DNA of 64,000 nucleotides from IMG/VR virus record IMGVR_UViG_3300034095_001075. One strand, 5' to 3'. Positions 1-6,690 of this stretch are shown here, piece by piece (within the stretch, counting starts at the first letter, position 1; each line of letters opens with the position of its first letter). Below the pieces are notes generated by a model. The model searched no databases and had not been told where the DNA came from. It saw only the letters and a program-made list of their open reading frames with translations. The DNA is from an uncultured virus (IMG/VR IMGVR_UViG_3300034095_001075). Taxonomy: Duplodnaviria; Heunggongvirae; Uroviricota; Caudoviricetes. A program made the position numbers and the translations under genes.

Positions 1-1
1 G

Positions 2-163
2 CATGACATTGTGCAGGAATTGGCTGAGCGGCAAAAAGATGGAGATAAATTAACTAAACAAGAGTTGATGCTTTTGCAAAAAGCAAAAAAGTATTTAAAA
101 AATCGCATGACCGAATATTATAAAAAACTAGAAGACGATGAGCAAAGAGAAAGTGGAAGATAA
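2..163 (+). CDS. 3' end of hypothetical protein (truncated by window start)
   Basis: Open frame HDIVQELAERQKDG...REESGR-like ending in TAA at 161-163. Confidence 0.6.
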   Translation, partial: HDIVQELAERQKDGDKLTKQELMLLQKAKKYLKNRMTEYYKKLEDDEQRESGR

Positions 164-174
164 ATAGTAATACC

Positions 175-474
175 ATGAACAATAATATAAACGAAGAAGA
201 AACATCTGCACAAAAAACAATAACACCATCAGCATTTTCTGTGGTGAATGCTAATGCAGAGGCACTTTCAAAGGCAAAAACTCAAAATGTGAAGAGTCCA
301 GACAGAAAATGGTTTTTGCATAGAGTAGTTCAACAACTCATACCAAGTATTTCTGCTCAAGTTATTCAACAAAAGCAAGAAGAAGAGGAAATGCGTAATA
401 GAGAACTGGAAGCACAGCAACAGCAACAGCAACAAAATCCAGAATCTCCACAAGAAGAACAACCTCCACAATAA
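175..474 (+). CDS. hypothetical protein, Q/E-rich C-terminus
   Basis: 99-aa ORF preceded by late-promoter-like GATAAATA (159-166). Confidence 0.7.
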   Translation: MNNNINEEETSAQKTITPSAFSVVNANAEALSKAKTQNVKSPDRKWFLHRVVQQLIPSISAQVIQQKQEEEEMRNRELEAQQQQQQQNPESPQEEQPPQ

Positions 475-548
475 TTTCTTGATTTTTGGATCGAAATATC
501 ATATAATTTACTAAAGTGAACGGGTTTATCGCTTTTAAAAGAAAATAT

Positions 549-872
549 ATGAAAAAAGCAAGAAAAAAGCACGAAGCATTGATAGAATATGAAAAAAATG
601 GCATGTATTCTTTGATGTTGTATCATGCCGGAGACTATAAAAAGTTAATAGAAGCCGAATCTCCATCAGATTTGCTGCAATATGCACTTGACAAATACGA
701 AAACGACTTTATAATGGTGATACCACCTGTGATTGAACAGATAATCAGTTGTGAAGCGTTTGAATATCACAGTTGGGTCAGAAAAGTAGAACAGAATCTC
801 AAGGATGATCTAGAAACAGAATTTGGATCCGTATATATCGACGAGCCAAATCCAGACGCCGAAGATATTTGA
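549..872 (+). CDS. hypothetical protein
   Basis: ORF track starts at GTG 516; ATG 549 (MKKARKK) is the more likely start. Confidence 0.65.
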   Translation: MKKARKKHEALIEYEKNGMYSLMLYHAGDYKKLIEAESPSDLLQYALDKYENDFIMVIPPVIEQIISCEAFEYHSWVRKVEQNLKDDLETEFGSVYIDEPNPDAEDI

Positions 873-887
873 ATAGGAAATTATATT

Positions 888-1106
888 ATGACAGAAAATC
901 CAAGCGAAGTAATCAATCCAAAAATTTATAGTGAAAAAGAAATGCAATCCATAATGGAAAAGGCATGGGAAGATGGTTATACCACTTCTTCGGCCGATTC
1001 TTTTCATGGAAAAAATACTTCTTATAAGAATTCCGATTGTTTCAAGGAATTTGGCAAACTTGTTATTGGCCAAGCCAAAAGCATTTTACCCAATAAAAAC
1101 ACTTGA
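888..1106 (+). CDS. hypothetical protein
   Basis: 72-aa ORF with AGGA upstream. Confidence 0.65.
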   Translation: MTENPSEVINPKIYSEKEMQSIMEKAWEDGYTTSSADSFHGKNTSYKNSDCFKEFGKLVIGQAKSILPNKNT

Positions 1107-1130
1107 CACTTTTTCAAATTGTGTTACAAT
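1103..1130 (+). promoter_or_regulatory. sigma70-like early promoter
   Basis: TTGACA-N16-TACAAT. Confidence 0.7.
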
Positions 1131-1190
1131 GATGACATATAGATGATTCACCACTTACAGGAGAATGCAATGTATCTTTTAATAGTTTCT

Positions 1191-1433
1191 TAAAACGGGC
1201 AATGCCCTAAGCCAAGATGATATATATTAGCCATACATTGCGTGTTTTAGCGAACACGATCAGGGCAACATTAGGTGAGATAACTCTCATCTACCTAGCA
1301 ACTAAGCCAAGAATGAAATGGTTGCAAAAAGTTTCTGAGAAGACTTGTTTCTCGGCGGTGTGAGAAAGTTTACGGGCAACTTTCACAACGAACTTAACCG
1401 TCTAAAGTTTACGGATCTTTAAAACCGTTTTAT
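1191..1433 (+). ncRNA. candidate structured ncRNA/leader directly 5' of tRNA-Lys
   Basis: Closing helix TAAAACGG(1191-1198)/CCGTTTTA(1425-1432); several internal hairpins; repeated CTAAGCCAAGA and AAAGTTTACGG. Confidence 0.45.
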
Positions 1434-1505
1434 GCCTCTATAGCTCAGCGGTAGAGCAGTCGGCTTTTAACCGATAGGTCGTAGGTTCAATCCCTACTGG
1501 AGGCA
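1434..1505 (+). tRNA. tRNA-Lys(TTT)
   Basis: Cloverleaf GCCTCTA...TGGAGGC-A; anticodon arm GTCGG-CTTTTAA-CCGAT. Confidence 0.95.
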
Positions 1506-1576
1506 CTTCCAGTGTATACAGATTTTCGGCAAATTTGTATTACCATTTATTGATGCCGTAACGAAAGGATTGGTTT

Positions 1577-1837
1577 ATGACAACCACCATTACTAGTAAG
1601 AAGGATCGTGTTTTGAATTACCTGCACAGCGGCCGCGGACTCACCTCTGCACAGGCTCGTCAACTGTTTGATGTTAAGAACTTTCGCGCAACGATTAGTT
1701 CTATCAAGGAAACTGTTGAGCGTTATGGTAACTGGCGTATCGTATCGCACACTACGCGAGAAGGTACTACTCGCTACAGCATGAAGCGTGTTCGACTCGT
1801 TGGTCCTTCGAACTACCGTATTGGCGATACTCGCTAA
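1577..1837 (+). CDS. small winged helix-turn-helix DNA-binding protein
   Basis: RVLNYLHSGRGLTSAQARQLF...RATISSIK pattern; AAAGGA SD; CGT/AAG-biased codons suggest high expression. Confidence 0.65.
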   Translation: MTTTITSKKDRVLNYLHSGRGLTSAQARQLFDVKNFRATISSIKETVERYGNWRIVSHTTREGTTRYSMKRVRLVGPSNYRIGDTR

Positions 1838-1859
1838 TACCTAGTTGTGTGAACGAAAG

Positions 1860-1887
1860 GACGGAGCATAAATAACTCCGTCTTTTC
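1860..1887 (+). terminator. intrinsic terminator with late-promoter-like CATAAATA in its loop
   Basis: GACGGAG-cataaataa-CTCCGTC-TTTT. Confidence 0.65.
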
Positions 1888-1890
1888 TAT

Positions 1891-1961
1891 TGCCTTGTGG
1901 TGTAACGGTAGCACCGAACCCTTTGAAGGTTTTTGTCTTGGTTCGAATCCAGGCAGGGCAA
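1891..1961 (+). tRNA. tRNA-Gln(TTG)
   Basis: TGCCTTG...CAGGGCA-A; anticodon loop CTTTGAA; GGTTCGAATCC T-arm. Confidence 0.92.
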
Positions 1962-1964
1962 TTC

Positions 1965-2036
1965 GCTACTTTAGCTCAATGGTAGAGCAGTGCTTTTGTA
2001 AAGCACAGGTTGCTGGTTCGAGTCCAGTAAGTAGCT
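1965..2036 (+). tRNA. tRNA-Thr(TGT)
   Basis: GCTACTT...AAGTAGC-T; GTGCT-TTTGTAA-AGCAC. Confidence 0.95.
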
Positions 2037-2051
2037 TTCAGGAGGTCTTTT

Positions 2052-2276
2052 ATGGCAGGCAAAAATGGCGCTGGCAAAGGCGACTCATACAGAAAAGTTG
2101 ATTGGGAAAAGTACTCAAAAAACTACGACATGATATTCAATAAGAAAGGAATACATCATGAAGAACGAGATCCAGATTGTGGGACTGATGACGGGGGAGC
2201 AGATAATCGCAAAGGTGGAAGAACAGGACGGAGGTCTTCTCCTAAAGGGAGCAGCGATTCTGATTCCAGCCGGTAA
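2052..2276 (+). CDS. small conserved phage protein (GKGD-x-R-x-VD...NYD-x-IF motif)
   Basis: Strong GGAGG SD; motif recurrent in phage small proteins; C-terminal half overlaps the next ORF. Confidence 0.65.
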   Translation: MAGKNGAGKGDSYRKVDWEKYSKNYDMIFNKKGIHHEERDPDCGTDDGGADNRKGGRTGRRSSPKGSSDSDSSR

Positions 2277-2475
2277 GGGAGAATTGGGAATGGCACCTTG
2301 GATTCCATATGGCAACACTGAAAATGGTATTTTCATTAATACCAATACCATTGTGTGGAGTGTGGAAGCAAAGACTGATCTTGCAAATCATTACAATGGC
2401 GCATTTGGTAATGGCCTCATTGTTCCGACCCCGCAAGAACTTTCGGTTCCTGAATTGAAGTTAGTTGACGCTTAA
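2158..2475 (+). CDS. T4-like phage Sm-like-fold hypothetical protein
   Basis: L-x-TGE-x-IIA N-terminus, APWIPY, C-terminal LIVPT; AAGGA SD. Confidence 0.7.
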   Translation: MKNEIQIVGLMTGEQIIAKVEEQDGGLLLKGAAILIPAGKGELGMAPWIPYGNTENGIFINTNTIVWSVEAKTDLANHYNGAFGNGLIVPTPQELSVPELKLVDA

Positions 2476-2493
2476 TTAAATTTGTGATACAAT
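2465..2493 (+). promoter_or_regulatory. sigma70-like promoter for tRNA-Arg
   Basis: TTGACG-N17-TACAAT. Confidence 0.65.
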
Positions 2494-2523
2494 ACGGGTG
2501 CGAAAGCAGCCGTATTGTTTTTT
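2489..2523 (+). terminator. intrinsic terminator overlapping the -10 box
   Basis: ACAATACGG-gTGC-GAAA-GCAg-CCGTATTGT followed by a T run. Confidence 0.6.
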
Positions 2524-2597
2524 GTTCCCGTAGCTCAGTTGGATAGAGCATCAGATTTCTAATCTGATGGTCGCTGGTTCGAATCCAGCCGGGAACG
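2524..2597 (+). tRNA. tRNA-Arg(TCT)
   Basis: GTTCCCG...CGGGAAC-G; TCAGA-TTTCTAA-TCTGA. Confidence 0.95.
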
Positions 2598-2658
2598 CTT
2601 GTGTTTTGATTGTTGTTGATGCTAAATAATATCAGACATCTATATTAAGGAGTATCAT

Positions 2659-3018
2659 ATGCGTATTCAAGAAATGTGTTACGAACTTCGCAATCTCGCA
2701 CGCCAAGAGCAAGAACTTCCTAAAAAAGATCTATATTACCAAAGCGCAAAAGCACTTGAGATTCTTTTGAATATGGTCAAGATGGGCGATCTCATAGTTG
2801 CTGAAATGGAAATTTGCAAACGGAATCCGGATAAATGCAAATCGTGTGATAGAAATGAAACAGGTCCACATGAGTGGCCTATCAATGAAACATCTATTGG
2901 TATGATAGATCGCTTCATAGAAGAATTGGCAGTTTTTCAATACATTGATTTGAAGACTCGACATGGCGTAGAAAACGATTACGAATATTGGCACGATAAG
3001 AAAGAATACAAAGAATGA
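2659..3018 (+). CDS. hypothetical protein
   Basis: TAAGGAG SD; GCTAAATA late-like promoter at 2621. Confidence 0.75.
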   Translation: MRIQEMCYELRNLARQEQELPKKDLYYQSAKALEILLNMVKMGDLIVAEMEICKRNPDKCKSCDRNETGPHEWPINETSIGMIDRFIEELAVFQYIDLKTRHGVENDYEYWHDKKEYKE

Positions 3019-3281
3019 CATACAGACTTCATATTGATATTCCGATTAATGGCAATGAAGCAGATGCACTAAGAATTGCCGAAGAAATTATTCGATTTGG
3101 TTTTAACAATGCGATTGCAGAAAAGCACATCAAAGATCTTGGCGTAGAATCTATCAATTATAGATTGGGCCACGATGATGATCGCCAGAAGAGTAATTAC
3201 TTTATTAAGAATTCTTCTGGCCATGCAAACAACAAAAAATCAAAAATTGTACTGATTCCATCGTTGACAGAAACAGAATAA
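3015..3281 (+). CDS. hypothetical protein
   Basis: ATGA overlap with upstream stop. Confidence 0.75.
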   Translation: MTYRLHIDIPINGNEADALRIAEEIIRFGFNNAIAEKHIKDLGVESINYRLGHDDDRQKSNYFIKNSSGHANNKKSKIVLIPSLTETE

Positions 3282-3291
3282 TCAGTATAAT
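3264..3291 (+). promoter_or_regulatory. sigma70-like promoter for tRNA-Ile/TrmH
   Basis: TTGACA-N16-TATAAT. Confidence 0.75.
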
Positions 3292-3307
3292 ACAGTAGTA
3301 GTAACAA

Positions 3308-3379
3308 GCGCGATGGGCGGACGGTTTTCGCAGACCCGCTTATAACGGGTTCAATCAGGTTCGATTCCTGGATCGCGTA
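3308..3379 (+). tRNA. tRNA-Ile(TAT), non-canonical D arm
   Basis: GCGCGAT/ATCGCGT-A acceptor; ACCCG-CTTATAA-CGGGT; TCAGG-TTCGATT-CCTGG; G at position 8. Confidence 0.85.
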
Positions 3380-3381
3380 TT

Positions 3382-3918
3382 ATGGAAACTCGCAATATCA
3401 TAGATCATTATCATTATTGGAATCACGATGACATTGTTGCCAATCTTGATTCTAAGAGAAATAATTTTACTGTACTATGCAGCAATCTTGGCAATGATTT
3501 TAATATTGCCACGGTCATTAGAAATGCAAACGCTTTTCTTGCAAAAGAAGTTTGGATCTATGGTCACAAACAATATGATCGTAGAGGTACTGTAGGTACA
3601 CATCACTATACGCATTTTAGACAATTCAAACAAGAGGAAGAATTGTTAGAAGCCATGCGTGGAATGTATGTTGTTGGAGTGGACAATATTGGTAAAGCCA
3701 AAAGTATTGATGAATTTGTTTGGCCACAATCTCGTCCTGTGCTGATGATGTTTGGTCAAGAACAAATTGGACTTCCACATAATCTGATTGACTTGTGTGA
3801 TGAAATGGTGTATATTAAGCAATATGGATCTGTCAGAAGTCTCAATGTTGGTACAGCAAGCGGTATCGCGATGTACGATTACTGCTCTAAGGTCTGCAAT
3901 AGAACGCAGACATGCTGA
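3382..3918 (+). CDS. SpoU/TrmH-family RNA 2'-O-methyltransferase
   Basis: SPOUT motifs N-IATVIRNANAF, FGQEQIGL, VRSLNVGTASGIAMY. Confidence 0.9.
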   Translation: METRNIIDHYHYWNHDDIVANLDSKRNNFTVLCSNLGNDFNIATVIRNANAFLAKEVWIYGHKQYDRRGTVGTHHYTHFRQFKQEEELLEAMRGMYVVGVDNIGKAKSIDEFVWPQSRPVLMMFGQEQIGLPHNLIDLCDEMVYIKQYGSVRSLNVGTASGIAMYDYCSKVCNRTQTC

Positions 3919-3973
3919 TAATTACATCCGCTGGGCCCCGGCGATATATAATGAAGTTTGTTTGGGGCTTTCT

Positions 3974-4047
3974 GCTCCCATAGATTAACCGGCTAAATCA
4001 CCGCCCTTTCAAGGCGAAGAGTCGGGGTTCGAGTCCCCGTGGGAGTA
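3974..4047 (+). tRNA. tRNA-Glu(TTC)
   Basis: GCTCCCA...TGGGAGT-A; CGCC-CTTTCAA-GGCG. Confidence 0.92.
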
Positions 4048-4055
4048 CTTTGTTG

Positions 4056-4127
4056 GCGGTTGTCGTATAATGGCCATTACGCTGGTTTTCCAAACCTGAC
4101 ACAAGAGTTCGATTCTCTTCTACCGCA
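4056..4127 (+). tRNA. tRNA-Gly(TCC)
   Basis: GCGGTTG...CTACCGC-A; loop TTTCCAA; one T-T mismatch in each of the acceptor and anticodon stems. Confidence 0.85.
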
Positions 4128-4129
4128 TT

Positions 4130-4408
4130 ATGAATACTAAAAATATAAAATCTAGGTATGGTCAAATCCGCACAATAACTGAACAAGCCGATGGTTCTTT
4201 TATTGTTGAAGGAGAAACGGAATACTATAGATGCGCCGGATTGTCTGAGGATGTTTCTGGTTTGTATATGATCGATTTTGAAGGTGGGCCATATATTCAA
4301 GTTGGAGATCCTTTGCTTGATACTAAAGATTGTGGCATAGTCAAATCTATAGAAATTATAAAGTCGGAGACTGAAGGACGGTTGGCAGTAAAAATTATTT
4401 GTGCATAA
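4130..4408 (+). CDS. hypothetical protein
   Basis: 92 aa, IDFEGGPYI motif; ATG 2 nt after tRNA-Gly. Confidence 0.75.
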   Translation: MNTKNIKSRYGQIRTITEQADGSFIVEGETEYYRCAGLSEDVSGLYMIDFEGGPYIQVGDPLLDTKDCGIVKSIEIIKSETEGRLAVKIICA

Positions 4409-4420
4409 AGGAAATATATC

Positions 4421-4543
4421 ATGGATAATTTTATAAGTTTTATTGCTACTATGTTTGTCCTTGTAGTCGGTCTTGCAATACTTTCTGCTGTTTTTGCCGT
4501 TGTGGTGTCTATTGCCATCCGCGCATTTAGGGGAAACACATGA
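4421..4543 (+). CDS. small membrane protein (40 aa, not in ORF track)
   Basis: AAGGA SD; MDNFISFIATMFVLVVGLAILSAVFAVVVSIAIRAFRGNT; stop overlaps next ATG. Confidence 0.65.
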   Translation: MDNFISFIATMFVLVVGLAILSAVFAVVVSIAIRAFRGNT

Positions 4544-5097
4544 GCGCATGTACATATTTCATAGGTTGTACTCACTTCGGACACGAAGCCATGTATCGCT
4601 TTGTTCGTGCAAATGGCGAAAAGGTTCGTCCATATTCTTGTGCCGAAGAAGGTGATGCAGTCATGGTGGCAAACTGGAATAATACCGTTCGCAAGGGCGA
4701 TAAGGTTTATGTCATGGGCGATGTGGCATTTAAGCCTAAAGATCTAAAAATCCTTGGATCACTCAATGGCTCAAAGATTCTCATCAAGGGCAACCACGAT
4801 GATCTGCCTTTGTCGCAGTATGCTAAATACTTTCGAGATGTTCGTGCATATCACAAACTCGACAATGAAGTTCTGTCGCATATTCCTATTCATCCTGTGT
4901 CTCTATGGAGAGCCAAACGAAATGCATTTTGGTTGAACATACATGCTCACCTACACGCCGAAGAAGTGATGCTTGTAGAAGGCGTGACAGATCTCAGATA
5001 TTTCTCTTGCTGTGTAGAGAGAATCGGGTATACTCCAATAAGTATCGATGAGATACGAAACCGCGTTGCCGCACTTCATCACAAGGAAAACACATGA
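4540..5097 (+). CDS. calcineurin-like metallophosphoesterase
   Basis: x-THFGH, GDV, GNHD, SHIPIH, HAHLH motifs. Confidence 0.85.
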   Translation: MSACTYFIGCTHFGHEAMYRFVRANGEKVRPYSCAEEGDAVMVANWNNTVRKGDKVYVMGDVAFKPKDLKILGSLNGSKILIKGNHDDLPLSQYAKYFRDVRAYHKLDNEVLSHIPIHPVSLWRAKRNAFWLNIHAHLHAEEVMLVEGVTDLRYFSCCVERIGYTPISIDEIRNRVAALHHKENT

Positions 5098-5282
5098 CTA
5101 CTAAAAAGAAAATCACTAAGCCTGCTTACAAGCGTTATACTCTTTCACTAATGCCCCCACCGGGTGTATTCTCTGTACTGCTTGACTTGGCTATTATAGC
5201 CATGCTCACCTTTGCCGCTAGTACATTGTTTCTCATGAGTCTGCAACTCTGTCAGAAGATTACCATTACTGTAGGAAAGTAA
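5094..5282 (+). CDS. small membrane protein
   Basis: Basic N-terminus plus one hydrophobic helix; AAGGA SD. Confidence 0.65.
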   Translation: MTTKKKITKPAYKRYTLSLMPPPGVFSVLLDLAIIAMLTFAASTLFLMSLQLCQKITITVGK

Positions 5283-5286
5283 ATCA

Positions 5287-5526
5287 ATGGCTGATATATT
5301 TGTCGGAGATAACGATCATGGTGATGCAGTTCCGCCTACTGATGTTCTATTGCAAACGATTAAAACACTCCGTGAGGATGTTGTGCAACTTGCCTATGAA
5401 CTTAACGAATTAAAAGCGTTATATAAACACGAGGAATCTGTAGCAAAGAGTTACGAAAAGATTCTTCACAAACACCACGATATTTTTTTTAAGTTAGCAC
5501 AGGACGAGAACACCAATGAGAATTAA
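5287..5526 (+). CDS. hypothetical coiled-coil protein
   Basis: ORF in tightly packed run. Confidence 0.65.
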   Translation: MADIFVGDNDHGDAVPPTDVLLQTIKTLREDVVQLAYELNELKALYKHEESVAKSYEKILHKHHDIFFKLAQDENTNEN

Positions 5527-5815
5527 ACCACCCACACTTGGAGAAAAGATTGCCATGACAATGACAAATGACAATGCACCAATCAATGACGCATCTACTC
5601 TTGTGGCTCGTCTAGAGGAACATTCAGATTTTGCACACAAGGTGGTGCGCGATCTCCTGAGGGAGGCTTCGGATCGAATTCAGTTTCTTACTAAGGAGAG
5701 AGACTACTATGAATTGAAGATGACTTTTTATGCCAAGGATGCAGAGAGAATGAGCAAGTGTCCCCCGTGGGACACCGAGCATACGCATACGGCAGGTGGC
5801 CCACGCGGAGCATGA
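5516..5815 (+). CDS. hypothetical protein
   Basis: LVARL...LLREASDRI pattern typical of small phage proteins. Confidence 0.65.
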   Translation: MRIKPPTLGEKIAMTMTNDNAPINDASTLVARLEEHSDFAHKVVRDLLREASDRIQFLTKERDYYELKMTFYAKDAERMSKCPPWDTEHTHTAGGPRGA

Positions 5816-5848
5816 AGCAAAGTACGCCTTTGATATAAATAAAACGCT

Positions 5849-6037
5849 ATGAATGATATAGAAACAAGATTACGAAATATGGCTGACAAGTGGCGCACAG
5901 TAAACCAAGAAGTTTACGATATGTGTCGTGATGCTGCCGAAGAAATTCGAGTACTCAAAGCATCAGGTAAATACACAGACGATATCATCAATGCATACAA
6001 GCATGGAACGGGATGGGGAAAGGGTAAAGATGAATGA
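5849..6037 (+). CDS. hypothetical protein
   Basis: DIETRLR...DAAEEIRVL; TATAAATA at 5834-5841. Confidence 0.7.
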   Translation: MNDIETRLRNMADKWRTVNQEVYDMCRDAAEEIRVLKASGKYTDDIINAYKHGTGWGKGKDE

Positions 6038-6329
6038 AGATACTGGACCTGGTGAAACCGTATCGCCTGTAATTGTGAAATTAGTAGAAGAAATTTCTAT
6101 ATGTGCTTGTGAAATTGAACGATTAGAGAAAGAAAATGCGGAACTCAAAAAAGAAAATGAAAAGCTTCATGAGTTCAATAGAAATCAAGCATCTATGATT
6201 AAAAGTTTGAAAAGTTTGGACCTTTTCAGTACAAAAACTATCAGAAATGAAGTTGATAAAAATTACGCCTTATATGCATTGGCTATTAAGGATGCTGCTA
6301 ACAAGCGGAAGTTGAAGACAACTTCCTAA
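6030..6329 (+). CDS. hypothetical coiled-coil protein
   Basis: Likely start ATG 6030 (MNEDTG), overlapping the upstream stop; EIERLEKENAELKKEN. Confidence 0.65.
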   Translation: MNEDTGPGETVSPVIVKLVEEISICACEIERLEKENAELKKENEKLHEFNRNQASMIKSLKSLDLFSTKTIRNEVDKNYALYALAIKDAANKRKLKTTS

Positions 6330-6338
6330 ATACACTTT

Positions 6339-6601
6339 GTCATTGTTGATACTAATATTAAACTTTATATATCACGCGGTGGCAGTAACCGCCGGCTCCA
6401 TTCAAACACTTACGGGGCCGAACTAGAATCGAATAGTAAAGATATACATTAGAGGAGATGGCCGACACGGGTAACAAGTGTCGCAAATAAACCGTTGCAA
6501 ACCATGATTGCTAACCAATTAGCAATGGCTGCTTAAAGCAGTGGGGCTTGATCCACCGGCGACTGAACGGATCACGGTTGTTGGGAAGAAATTCCCAACA
6601 A
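6339..6601 (+). ncRNA. ssrA: circularly permuted (two-piece) tmRNA gene; acceptor piece ~6339-6400, coding piece from 6414
   Basis: GGGGCCG(6414-6420)/CGGCTCC-A(6393-6400) with G3:U70; T-arm GCGGT-GGCAGTA-ACCGC; pk1; tag ORF ANQLAMAA* at 6510-6536. Confidence 0.92.
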
Positions 6602-6615
6602 TCACTTAGTATTTC

Positions 6616-6688
6616 GGCACTGTAGTCCAAAGGCAGAGACAATTGACTTAAAATCAATACAGTGTGGGTTCGAGTCCCACCAGTGCTA
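6616..6688 (+). tRNA. tRNA-Leu(TAA) with short variable loop
   Basis: GGCACTG...CAGTGCT-A; ATTGA-CTTAAAA-TCAAT; variable region only ACAGT. Confidence 0.9.
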
Positions 6689-6690
6689 TT

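Noticed and set aside
1191..1433. Group I intron, RNase P RNA or known riboswitch identity for the structured region
   Set aside because: No recognisable P7 or GAGGAAAGUCC cores and no flanking exons; left as an unknown RNA
1895..2101. 68-aa ORF in track
   Set aside because: Runs through tRNA-Gln and tRNA-Thr; spurious
3998..4555. 185-aa minus-strand ORF
   Set aside because: Antisense to two tRNAs and two plus-strand genes; no motifs
5928..6029. GTG-start N-terminal extension of ORF 5928..6329
   Set aside because: Overlaps the 5849..6037 gene; ATG 6030 overlapping its stop is more plausible
6495..6514. Alternative tmRNA tag frame GCA AAC CAT GAT TGC TAA (ANHDC*)
   Set aside because: Its first codon lies in pk1 stem 2 and it lacks the C-terminal AA degron; ANQLAMAA* has the expected 11-nt spacing
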